DNA of 64,000 bases from Bugula neritina (Eukaryota; Animalia; Bryozoa). The notes under the pieces are model-generated. The model searched no databases, was not told where the DNA came from, and saw nothing but the letters and a program-made list of their open reading frames with translations. Below, piece by piece: positions 17,032-30,700 of the stretch. The translations under genes were made by a program, and so were the position numbers. The DNA lies in contig OZ037765.1 in assembly GCA_964035545.1 (NCBI GenBank), positions 16,430,995 through 16,494,994 of the forward strand, in the 5' to 3' direction. The number at the start of each line of letters is the position of its first letter. The stretch's first letter is position 1.

Positions 17032-19694
17032 ATCGTTAATAAATTGCTAACTATATGAGTAACTATGAGTACATAAATATTTCGCGCGCAAATGGGTTAT
17101 AATTATTAGGCTGTCAATTCATGTTGATTAGCAGTGAACTGTTGCAATAGCCCCGGGTTACTAGCAAGGCTAATGGTTTTGAACAAATAACCCAAAAGTT
17201 TAAAAATAAGTAGCTTGCGTATTACTAGCTACAAAAACAGGTCTGAAATAGACTGGTAAAGCAAGCTCTTATTGTAGAGTTTGCAGATGTGCTCTAAAAT
17301 AAAACTTAAACTGTATGGTATTACATAAGTATTTGTATGCGAGAGATAAATGGACATTACTGAGTTTCTGGAAAACAACATACTTGAAGTTAACTTTGAC
17401 AATGGTGTGTTATTTTCATCATACACTAGCACAGATAGGGCCTATAGCATAAATCTCTAATCATATGAATCTTTATGAAGCCCACAGCTCATGTAAGGGT
17501 GGCAAATGTAATTTGAAACTAAAAATTGTGTTGCTGCGTTGTGTCTAAGGTATATTAGAGAGCAGAATTTGGTTTTACTAGCCTACCCCAACGGCATTCT
17601 ACAATGCAGCTTATATGCTGGCAGTTGTAATAAGTACTGTCAATAGCAAGGTTACTATCACTGCTAGCTCTGTGCAGTATGTAACCTCTTGAATAATTGC
17701 GCCAATTTTAAACTCTTGGAAGTTGGCCAAGTTATCATATCGCAGCCAGCCACCGGAGACAAAGCATCAGAGCTATTCATATAATATTATACTGATGCAC
17801 TTGGTAGCAAATGTGGCTAATCTAATATAGTTCATAGTTCAACACCCTTTACTTTGGGAATACAGCCTCTTTTTTTAGGTTTACCTAACAAAGCATGAAA
17901 ATATCTAAACTGATATTCTGATAATTTAGAGGTAAATTTTGAAAACTAGGTTAATTGCACTTGTTTGCACAACAACAATAATAAAATATATATTATGCAG
18001 TATAATAAAAACACACATTATACTATATAATATATTATAATGATAATAATATAATATTATAAGTACCATTACTGCATTTTATAACTAGGATGGTTGCCGA
18101 AATAATGTTTCACAAATTCTGTAATTATACATCAAAAATAGAACTAGCTAGGCAGCAGGTTAGAATAGAGTAAATTTTTAAAACATGAAATCATGATTTG
18201 ACTATCGTTTTATTTAGGCCAACCAACCTAGGAATACAAGATTGGGTTTTAGCTGACAGTTTATAACATTTAGCTTTTGAGCCAGCAGCACTGGCACTTG
18301 TGAAGTATAGGCAAAGTTAGTGAAGCGAGACTAACGAGCACTCAAATACAAGGCATATTGAGACACAATAACAAGTCAGGAGCGTATAAATTGAAAAGAA
18401 TGTGGAAGGGGGACTATATTTTTCAACACGCTATAACTTAAACATGAATTGGCTTTTGAAAAAAATAAAAAAGTATATTGGAGAACATAAGTTTCTTTAT
18501 CTTTTCATATTTTTTTTGCTCTTGTGACATTCAACCTGTTCGAGCTATCAGTGGAACATTGTTCATATAGAACATAAAGCACCTGGCAAAGAGCCAGAAA
18601 CTGAAAAGTATGACCTTAAACCAACTGTGCATGGTTTTAATTTCAATGCTTCTCACCCACAAAAGAAGATGCTTAGAAAAAGATGCTTAATTGTACAATT
18701 TCAAACAGTTGCAGCCAATAATGAAATTTTAATTTTAGGCAGGCTCTGGGAGTTATTCTTTAAATATAAATACTTTTGCTAGTTTGTATCATGATTGCTT
18801 TTTTTCAAAGGGCATGTTTTTACTTCAAACTCAGTACCTATATGCAAATGAACAGCATATACACATTTGCAATGGTTTTAAGATATACTCCATGTTTGGA
18901 CTCTTTGAACCAATCTATTGTAACTTTTTAATGACTCTTATATTACTTTGTTTACTGCAAAATTATGACCACAGTGAAAAACCTCAACACTCAAAAAGCT
19001 TCATGCTGCCTAACAAGACTATAATGAATATAAAAATATATTTATAGCCATTACTTTGCCCACTAGTAGCAACATTGCAAGAAACCTGTTTTGTAATCAT
19101 GCAACTCTGGTCACTTACCTGTGCCATTATTACAATGTCATTTTTACCTTGATTCGACATATTATTTATTATGAACTTTTCATTATATAATATATCGTAT
19201 ATACTTTTAGCAGTAGCTATTTTATATTAATTGTATCAATTCCGTAGTTTCAGCTGCAGATGGTGGGAAAGGAGCTGAGGAATGGTTTGTTTACTTTCAA
19301 CACTCTGGTCTAAATGGCTTTGGCAAAACAACCTTTAACAACTTTTAACATATATTTAGATTAAGTTGATGCACCAAGGAGATGATGTAACTTTACTGCT
19401 TGGCCGAAAAAGGGAAACATGATTTGTATACTTATGATTGGTTAGGATAGTATAAAATTATTGAAATTGGGTAATTGTAGCTGTCTAGGATTAACGTAAA
19501 ATGGAGGTACACCGCCAAAATAAAAGAGAAATCGTGCAGAGTTTATGTATGCATGCAGCTTTAATTTTAGTCTTGTAGTTTGTCAAATGTTTTATTCTTA
19601 ATAATAAAGTCTCTCTTATAAATTCTGAAATAATGCTATCCAAATAATTTTCATATTTTTTGTAATTACACTAGAAATGGAGAGTTACACGTAT

Positions 19695-20005
19695 TGTAGT
19701 TCAAGTCTGAGGTTATCTAATTATAACTGTCCTTCATAGTCACTGTTATAATTAGTTCCCAGTTTACAGTAATTTATTTTGCGTTTGATTATCTTAGTGT
19801 TACTCATGGTTTGCAACTGCTTATCATAGTTATGACCAGTTTGTAATTACGCTATAAAAGCAGGCAGTTAACTCGGTTGTGGTAACACGAGAATTGTCTT
19901 CTCTCCTTGTCTCTCATTGCTGTAGTTGACTGGTCGTCCCTGCTAACTCGATAGTTGTGTAGTTATTGCCTCTACACAGGTACTTGTGTAGAGCCAACAC
20001 TACCA
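19695..20005 (+). mobile_element. Possible solo-LTR-like repeat remnant
   Basis: Starts TGTAGT, has CTATAAAAG near 19852 and a 3' hairpin CTCTACACA-n6-TGTGTAGAG, ends ACTACCA; no TSD found. Confidence 0.3.
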
Positions 20006-21183
20006 CTCAAATGCAGCAAAATCCTCTAAATACTTTTAAACACACTGGTTTTTATCAACCCTGGTATACTGAAATATCTATGCTATAGTTATTGCTACAT
20101 TTTATACATAAGTAAACATACAAGCTATGCTTTGCCTTAAATTCCTATATTTGTTAATGTGGCAGCTGTATAAAGTAATTGCCTACTATCTAAAAACTCT
20201 ATAAATCATTAAGTTATGTGTGTATCATGTACATGTATCACCTTGGTAAGCTTCAAAGTAACATACTTTGCACATGCAAATAGGCAAACATAAATTATGC
20301 AACAACTTTTCAGGAATTATTGTAGCAATAGGGAATAAATTGATAATTAAATTGCAAGTATCTTTAAAAAAATACTTTGATTTGCCCAATTTGCATTACA
20401 TCATGGCATTAATGCTAGCCAGTATAGTTATAGTAGAATTATTCCTTCAACTTAACTACAAGGTGGGCACAGTAGGCTTATAGGAATAGTGTACCTTCTT
20501 GTAACACCAAAGTATAGCCTTTTTTAAAACTTAAATTGCAATCCCAAGGTAAACACAGCATAACATGTTGAGAGTTGGCCTAGCATGGGAGTATTTAGCA
20601 TACTATGGTAATAACTACTGCAGCATAGTAGTAATTAGTATATAGCATAGTATAGTAGTTTTTGTGAACTGATGCAATGCAATCATTGCCTATTAGAGTG
20701 TAAATTAAGTTTCAGATGAGTAATAAAAAAAAATTAGATATCAAATGGCACTCCCTCTCTGCACTCATCTAGCTGCTATACCTTCTTTTCTAAGAGTACC
20801 TGTTGATAAACTTTCATCAATACACCATTGTATTAGAATTGTTAAATTGTTCTGAAGTGTATTATAAGCATTATATTAATGTCCACACTTCATGATAATT
20901 TATAAAATAATATAAAATAAAAGATATATTAGAATAATTCAGCCTGTAAATCTTACACAAATTTAATACAATGTATTTTACAAAATATGTCCTTGGAGAA
21001 CTTTTAAACTGGCCAGGACTGCACTGCACCCAACTGCAATTGTACAGAAATTCAAAGTTCATTGTGTCATAGCAAATAGTTAAATATATAGAAATATTTA
21101 GAAAAATCTAGAAGGTTTTGAATAAATATACTGTTTTAGTGCCAGAACTTAAGTTGGTTCCCACTATTTCATTACATAAAATT

Positions 21184-24100
21184 CTAGAATGGAAAACAAC
21201 TGCTACTACGAGGTTTATTTTCAGCTGGGTGTTTTTTCTTGTGCTGTTTAAGATACTTGTTATATTCTTGGAGCTGATTGATATACTTGAGAGGAGGCCA
21301 CCTGTGCTCTTCCATGTAGAGTTTGTCACTTTCAGACAACTGAGCATATTCAGGGAGAGCAGAGAACATATCATAGTTTAAACAGATAATATATAGACAA
21401 TACTTTGCTAGCTGCTCCGCATTGTACATCTACAATAAATAACCGCAGTATATTTGACCATTTATCATCTCAGTGAGCTTTAAGTTAGTATTTTGCACAA
21501 ATAAATAGACATAAATTATGCAACAATTATGGAATTTACAATGAAGGTGCTTACATGTTTAGATCAATGAACTAAAACTAAAAGTTATTGTTCAATGGTT
21601 TAGACTTTAAATGCTTACATTTGCAATGTTGAGCAGCTCCAGTACCCGTGAATTTAACATTCTTTCCTTGCTTGCGACATAGACATTAGTCTGTTTAGTA
21701 ATGTACAGTTCACACAGGTTGGTAAGTCGAGTGATATTGTATCTGTCTGAGAGAATGAGCAATGATACTGGATCCACTCCTTTATCTAGTGGTGCATGTC
21801 CGGTATATAAATACTCCAGCATAGCAAGAAATGTCTCTGAATCTATCTGATTATCATGAACCATGTCCACCTAAAATAAAGAACCTTACATAATCCACTA
21901 CATTCGGAGGAATACATCAGATTACACAGAATAGGTATACATGTTTAACCTGCAACAGCTGCAAAAACAACAAAAAATTTTAATTAAATTACATATATAG
22001 CCTATATATAGATAGGCCTCTGTGCTGATGAGGGGACAAATCCCGAAACAGCAGCTGTCCACAGATTGAGGTATGTAACATACTGTACGTATATTAAGCA
22101 GTATTTACTTGGTTAAAAAAATTCAAAAGTAACTGCAGAATATTTGAACTGTTGTAATCTACTCTTTGATATCTTCATAAAATATATAATTCTTCTAAAC
22201 TATCATTATCAACACTTCAATATGATAAATGTTATTTCTATATAATAGCATTTGCTGCTAAACTATACTATTGCATTTGTATATCTATTATTGTCTCACG
22301 TAAATTCAGTATAACTATAGTAATTTTACTGCTGCTACTTCAATATTAAGTGCTTGCAGCAGACGAAATCTCGATTCAACTGATTCAAAGTCTGTCCCAA
22401 AAACACAGAAGAAGCAATTTTATATTCCTTTTACTAGGTTAAGGGTTTAAAACACTTACAGCAGTCAAATCATCTCCTGTCCCTTCTACAAACCTTCCGT
22501 TAAACATTGCTGCCATAGTGGCATTTCTTGCACTTAGTATGCACTTGTGAGCAAATATTTCTCCGTCTAAAAGAAAATCCAGGTAGAGGGTGCATGCCAG
22601 CATATTACATTATATAATATGCTCCATAATATTATTATAAATTTAATCTCCATTAGTTGCATAACACATCCTACAGGTCTACAAAACTTTAACTTTAGAA
22701 CAAGATTAGCCAAACTATGGTAAACTAAAATAAACAATATTAAAAGTTTATAGCTGGCAAAAATAATAGTTCAACTGTCAAACTAAATCATGTTCATCTT
22801 CTAATAACTTATTGAAAACTTGGCCTTTGCTGCTTCCAATTCCTATCTCTGATTTTCTCTATTTATAAACAGGCAGTATAGACACCAGGCTGCTTTCCAA
22901 ATAAATGTCTTACCTAACTTAAAGTTAGATATAATATTTAGCCAAACTTGGATGTAAAGCTTTTGTTTATTTGTGTATGGCCTAAAACTATTGCAGGTAG
23001 ATTTTCATTAAAACATAATGTAAGTGAGTGCAATTATAGTATAGAATAAAACTTCTCTAACCCACAGTTTATATTGGCACAGATAAACCAGTGAACTATT
23101 TAAAATTGATCAACACTGTAAAATTTGATAATAAAATATTGTTTTAAAAATACCTGGAAACACAAACTTCACGTCAGCATACAGTTGCCGATCCAAGAAT
23201 ATTTCTTTCATCTTTTGGGCAACAAAATCCATAAAGTAGGTACCTATACTTTCATTCAAATCATCATCAAGGTTGGCTAGATTCTGGCCGATCTGTCTTA
23301 AAAAGTGTATTGAAAACAATTCACCAAGTTTTCTGATGGAAGTCAACACTTTAATGCTAGGAATCCCCTCAATCAACACTTTGCCTAAAAATATAAGATT
23401 CCAGCGATTGCATAGACAGGCTTACAAAGAGGTGTTGATGTTACATACTTGAGCTGCCCACTGCTAGTAATCCCGTTCTCCTACTGATAGTAGCTGTACA
23501 GAGTGAAAACACCAGTAACATGTTGGAGAGAGCTAATTAAATGTAACATGTAATATAATATAGTGTGTTGTGTATAACAAACCAGAGTAGAAAAACTGCA
23601 AGGCATGTTTCATAGCTTGAGGGGAGACAATCTCTGCCAGATATACTTTGGTACTTTTGGGTGCCTCAGATGAGTCCACTTTCAGTATAGCTGGGTGGTT
23701 GAATGATACCTACATATCACCATTTCACACTTAAATGTATACAGGTGTGCAAACTGTAGCCACTTAAGAGTAAAAGTAAAAGGAACTTACTTTTACTTTC
23801 ATTCAGAATCCACTTGTTTTCATTTTTTAATACAGGCACAAAAAATATAATATCCATGACACTTCACCCTATGTGCAGCGAGTGCTGCGTGTGCTGCACT
23901 AATACTATGAAAATGGGCTGAGTAGAACTATACTCACATATGAACAAGAAACAAAACATAAATGTCAGTAACATGTCAAACACTAACCACTTTGAAGATA
24001 TAAGTTATTTGACTGAAAAGTGATGTCTCAACCACTGATCAAAAGTTGTTGCGTTAAATCAGTTTAAAGCATGAAAAAGAAGCACAACTCTTACAGCTTG

Positions 24101-24737
24101 CATTGCCATAAAATGACATGAACACCATTTTTTACAGTAGTGATAAATTGACAGGCAAGAGGGACAAAACTTGATATGATGCATGACTAATTGTATAAAT
24201 TGAAAAAAAATAAAGCACCTTACATTACAACTCACTGCATCAGCATGGATTCCAAGAGCTTTTCTAAACACAACTGATGCACTGGCAATAACAACTCCAT
24301 GAACAGGCAACTCCTCACCATTTGAGAATATCAATATTGTATCAGTACATGCACCATTTTGAAGTAGCTCTAGACCACCTTCTGCAGTAGTTCTACCTTC
24401 TATCACTATTTCTGGATCAGATACTAAAATAAAGTAGTAATATCCCAATTGGCTGTAGACAACAAAGTAAGTTAAGATTCAGTGCTAAATGTTCTTTGAC
24501 ACTGTATTCACCCAAACAGTTAACTTAAACCGCTTGCTAATTACAAAGTACAGCATTACTCAGAGGGTGAGAAATGGCATCTTTAGTTGTCATCTTACCA
24601 TGAGTTATTAATTTAACAGCTAGAATATTATTCTTAGCAATAACTATATTGTTATATTGACATTTTTTGATTAGAATATAGTAACAAAAAAAGCATTATA
24701 TATATAGCAAGTGTATATGTATGTATATGCATATATA

Positions 24738-24815
<78 letters not shown>

Positions 24816-27671
24816 TATATATATGAACTGCACAATGAAAAAAACCAGTGATGTGCCCCTTTTTGGAGATGGAGAAATACGATTTTTAAATTTTCGACCC
24901 TAGTGCTAGCCAACAACTACTGCAGTGCACTAAAATACATACTCCATTTTATTCCTATACTTTTTGCTCTATGTGAGCAAGAAATTTTCTATGTTGAAGT
25001 ATAATTCATAGCACAATGTTGCTGATGTCACCTCCATGTTTTATATGGACATCTCCTATTTTTTCCTTTTTATGCGAAAATCATGTTTTAGGTTGTTATA
25101 GCATCATACAATTTATTTCAAGTTTACATATATTATGGGAAAGTAACAAAATGTACACTCATAAGCATAAAATGTTGGTATTTAGAGTTCATCATTATCA
25201 GCGGTCTCCCCAGTGTATTTCAGATCATCATAAAATTTTTTATTGTCAACAGCACAGAAAGGTTTCAGCACCTGCAGGTCTTCGTATTTTGCCTTGGCAG
25301 TGAGGTAGTGTTTATAGGGGTCAGTGGTGGCAAATGACGAGCTCTTGAAGGTTTACATTTACAAATGATGCTTGCCTGATACACGCCACTCCAGAAATCT
25401 CTGTGCAGCACTGCACGCTTGTCTTCACTTGCTGAGATAAGCAGCTGATGCATAGGTCTAGTCTTGAAAGGAGAGGTGGATTTATATCTTGGTTTCAGGT
25501 GAGCAGTGTAGTTAAGGAATGATGCAGCATTGAGAGGGATTACATTAAACGGTGTTGGATTTTTATGGGCATTTTGAAGTACATCAACCCAGCCAGAGGG
25601 GAGATCTACATCAGACTTGCAGTCGACAGCGTTCATGTCTCTATCACATTCTATATAGGAATGACCACGGATTGGGTAGCTTACAGTGATTTTGTTGAAT
25701 CGCTTTTGTTTATGTACCAACCAGTGAAAATATCGAACAAGTGTATAATATTTTTTTAGTCCGGCACACCCATCACAGAACAGTTCTAGCTCAACAATCT
25801 CTCGAGATAGATGCTTTTCAACGAAGTCATTGATCATTGATGTTACTTCATCTGAACCTTTACCAGCAACAGTTTCGTCAAAGCAGTAGATGAAGACTTC
25901 ATCTGAGGCGAGGACATGGATGTTAAAAAAAAGAAATGAGAACTGTCAAAGATAGTACACATCATTGGTAGACTTATTAGGTGTAGGGAGGTTCTTTTGG
26001 AAGTCAAAGGCAAAAGCTGCGGATGTGCTAGATTGCTTTGCTCGAGCTTTTGCTTGTCGCTTTCGCGTGTAGACTATCTCAGCCCTGTCGTTTATGGAGA
26101 TCATGCTCTGTGACAAGATTTTGATGTTCTTTCTTGTATTGCTGTTGACCATCTCCGCTCCCTTCTGCTGCTTTCAGTTCAGCATACTGGATTTTTAGCA
26201 CTAATTCATCACACGTGGAGCAGGTATCCTTTCGTGGGTATCCAAATGAAATGTTGAAGTTTACATTAAGCAGATTACGGTACGTTTCATAGCCAATACC
26301 ATACTGAGGATGTGCATCCTGAAATAAAGTGTGCATCTTTGTGATGTTCAGTCGCTGAGATACTTCTTTTGAGTAACGTGAAGTGCGGCCTTTGAACGTT
26401 TTGATGTGATCAAGGACCGCCTGCTTTGCATAATCTGAGAGCCGATGTAGTCGATTGTCGTGTCTACCTCTTCCGTCTTGTGGAGGATGCCCTATCAAAC
26501 AAAACAGCTCATTTAAAGGTATAGAGGGGGTGGGAGGTAGGCTGTGGGCACCCTATTCCAAACATAAGCACTAAAAGATTTTAGAAAAAGTAAGTTTTCT
26601 ATGCAAAATTCGTTATTATTGAGTATCAGAGTTAGCTTGGTGTTACTAGGAGATTTCATCATATTTTCCAAAGTAAATTATTGCTAGTAGTACACCAATA
26701 CTTTACTCAGTTGATACAATAATCGTGGTAAGAAAATTAGTCATTAGAACAGTACATTGCCACAGGTACTTGATTAATTGAAAAAATTCAACTTGAGAGA
26801 CTTGAAAAAGTATAGACTAAGTCACTAACTGAACTTGTGAGATGACTTCAGAAGCTAAAAAAGAATTAGTTTGGTCAAAAGTCGGAAACATAAATTTGGT
26901 CTGACTCACCTGTTTCTATCAATGATTTCCTGATAGTCTCTACTCGCTGCTTAGTTATACCAAACAAGGATATGAAAGCCTTGAGGCAGACTATCTTCTT
27001 GCTGACATTGCAATGGCCATCATTCTTTGTTCTGACTCTATACATGTACGTGTGGCTATGAAGGTTAGCTTTAGTTAGATCTCCACTTCTAGGCCTTTTT
27101 CTTTTTATGTCACAAACTTTTATAAGTGTAGATAAGTAGCCATCTTGTTGGTTCTTGGTGGTGTACTTTTCGTTAAAGTCAGATATGAGTTTCTGCCCTC
27201 TACTAGACTCACTTTTTCAAAGCATTTCTTCTTACACAGGCAGTTTTCACCAGTTTTATGACTACACACTCTCTGCTTCTTTGCTTGTTCTTTTGCACTT
27301 CCTTTAGATTGTCTTTTCCTAGGTTTATCTGTTGAAGTTGGATGCTCACAAGAGTCTGCCATAACAATGCTGCTACCACTCAACCACTTTTTACTAACCT
27401 AACAGGAAATAATGTGGCAGACTGCAGTGTTGTGCATTGCGCAATGTGATTGGCTGAACAAATGAACATAGCTGATCGGTTCATTTGAAGATATGGACAT
27501 CTCTTGATATTTCACTGAAGCTTATTTTTTAAATGCTATTTTTCATTGGACAACATTGATTTTCCAATTTTATACCTACTGCATGTTGTTGTGTGGGCTT
27601 CAAAGTATATGAAAGCGCACATAACTCAAAAATTTTGAAAATGTGACATCACTGGCTTTTTCATTTTGCTC

Positions 27672-27715
<44 letters not shown>

Positions 27716-30700
27716 CCTGTATAAATATATATATATATATATATAATGGTGTATAGTTTACCACTAAAGAGAGCTCAAGGCAGTGCAGAGCAGAGTAAAT
27801 AAAAGTAAAGAACAATACAATTTGTTGAGCAATGCGTAGACTGTAGAGGTTAGATGACCTTGACGACTCTGTGAAAAGTATGCTAGCGAGGTTATGAAGA
27901 TCAAGCTAGTAACCCTCAACATCGGTACACTAACAGCTGAGAGTAGAGAGATAGCAGATATGATGATGAGGCTCAACACAGATATCTTGAGAATCAACCC
28001 GAGGAAATTACCTTGAAAAGGAATCTTGATGGTGGAATAAAGAAGTAGAACAAGCAGTCAAGAAGAAGCAAGCATGGAAAGTGTGGATACTATCAGGTAC
28101 TGAGGAAAATAGAGAGATCTACAGAAATTGTAATGTAACAAGAGTTGTAAGAAGTAGTGATGTATTGGTAAAAATTGACCAATTGGTAGTCTAGGACAAA
28201 GCAAAGTACAACTATGGCCAGCCACCATATCAACATCGGTGGTGGAAGGTGAACAAAGGCGGACATAGTCACTGATCATATTTCAATCTATAAATTATAG
28301 TATTCAGCTTCATTTTTCTACTCGTACAAAAAATCTCAAGCACTGTTTGTGAACAAAATATTGCTGGCATATCAAGCACAAATTACCTGCAGGGGGCAAA
28401 TCTGGAGGTAGAACAACTTTCATTGGTCTTTCTCTTCTGCTTTTTAGCTTTTTCTTTTTGAGTTTCAAATCACAATTATGAACTGCAGCCACTTTTTGCT
28501 ACAAGAAAATCATTATATAGAATGATGAAAAAATTGACTATTTTGTCAGAAATTTAAATCATGCAGTGGTACGGGCCCCTTGTATCACTTCTATTGTTTA
28601 TGCAACAAGGAACATATAAACGTTCTAAAATAAATTTTACACCAATTTTTTTAAGCCTAAAGGGCTTTCCATGAATCAATCTCAGGCTGACGGTGACTAT
28701 TTTAAGACGTAGAAAAAGGTAAAAGTTTAAACTTGGTTGGTCTGTCTGTTAAACTAAAACTCGGCTTTACCAGAGACCAGTTTATGAAAGAAAGCACATC
28801 AACTGTGGCCAAACAGCTCATACTATAAAGAGTTAGAAAAAGTAGGTTATCTTTAAAAAGTAAGAAACTAATTTATTATTAGTCAGAAATAAGATACAAC
28901 TAATGCTATCAGTATTTTGTGTTGAACAATCACTACTAGCATTTTCATATGCAAGCAGATGCTGCATAATTATGATGATTGCATGATCTCAAACATTTAC
29001 AGGGTTGCAATGAGCTATTGTAACACAAGAATACCCATAGTTGCTAAATATAACAACTTATGACAAATGTATCTTTAACAATGAATAGACTGGCAACCTA
29101 AATCAATGTAACCAATACTCTTAACATATTACAGTAATAAAGCATTGCAGCAATATAGGAAGAGGCAACCACACCAGATATCGGAATGATAGTTATAGAA
29201 AATTGTCACATGGAAGACAACTCCCTAACCTAACCAAGTCGCAATGAGATCAATTTATGAAAAGTCAAAGATGATTTCCAGCTCTAACAACACTTCAGTA
29301 AAACATTTTTCCTGGAAAGTAATTCTGCAAAAAAAATGATTTGTTTCTCCAAATATATGACTTCAGCATTCACTACCTATCCTGGGTAATGCATGGTGCA
29401 CTCTCAAGCAGTTAAAAATAACCACCATCTGCTAATTACCTACATACATAAAGTACCTGTTGTTTACAGTGTATTATAAAATAAGCACCTGGACTTAAAG
29501 CATACTTTACTAGTATTCAGCCTCACAAACCAGAAAATTCGACAACAAAAAAGGTGACTGCAAAATCCAAGCCTCCATACAAATTCATCTGTTATTTTGA
29601 AGCATTCTATGTGCACCTGGCCAATGCCTAATTGATAACTTTTTTAATTCTAACTTCAGTCCATTTCAGAAGATTGATCCCAAATTTTCAACTCAAAACA
29701 AAAATTATCAGGTAAATTTATACCGCTAATTCCAACAGTTCATCAAGTCCCTCCTTCATTAATGAACTTATTTCTATGTAATCATAACATTGTAACTCTG
29801 CAGCCATAGCTTTTGCCTCTTCTACTGACACACATTCATCTAAACTGTGTGAAGATCTCAAATCTAAATTAAGAGATAAATTGCAAAGTCAGAGAAATAT
29901 ATAAGTGGCAATATAAACTATGACTAAATTAATAAAAAAAAACTTACATCACAGTAAATCTGAATTAAATATGGCTGAAAAGAATTTGTCAGACATTTTA
30001 AATTAGGCTTGACACAATAGCAACAAGAAATACATAAGTCAAGAAAGTCTTACACACAAAATAAATTAAATGTATTTTTATACAAGACAAGAATAATTTG
30101 ATTTTATTTTGCAGTTCTAGAAAGCATGCTACTCTGAATTACACTGGAAGATATTTTGCTGAATCTAGAGTATATCAAGCAAGTTTCAAAGAAGTACATT
30201 CACTTTTGAAAAGACGATATTAACTACGAAGACGAATAAACTTTCAGGATACACTTAATAAATTAATCACGTTTAAACAATTTTTCAATTGAACTGAAAA
30301 GTTTGCATTTATATATTTGTCCATTAAAGAAGATATGGAGCATAACTTATGCACTTCTAAAAAGCTACTCAAAAAATGAGTGTGATTACCATCCGGTTTC
30401 AGCAATGAGTGTTTTCAGCAATGAGCGTTTTCAGCAATGAACGGGATGCTCAAAGTTAATTGGGAAAGATGACTCCATGCAGCATTATTAGCACATTGTC
30501 ATAACTGAATAAACTCGTCTAAATTTTATCAGCTTAAATTCATAAATTGCAAGCAGTTAGCTAATGCCTAATCAAGTATGGCATATTTTTTATAATGTTT
30601 ACCATTTTTGCAGCCAACTAGTATTCTCGGCGTGTTCCACTGGTGCTCGTGAATTTCTGGTACCCACTTTTCACGAGTTTGTTCAAAAGAAAATCGATTA

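Noticed and set aside
30396-30442. CRISPR-like repeat reading
   Set aside because: Tandem units have no spacers and the context is eukaryotic
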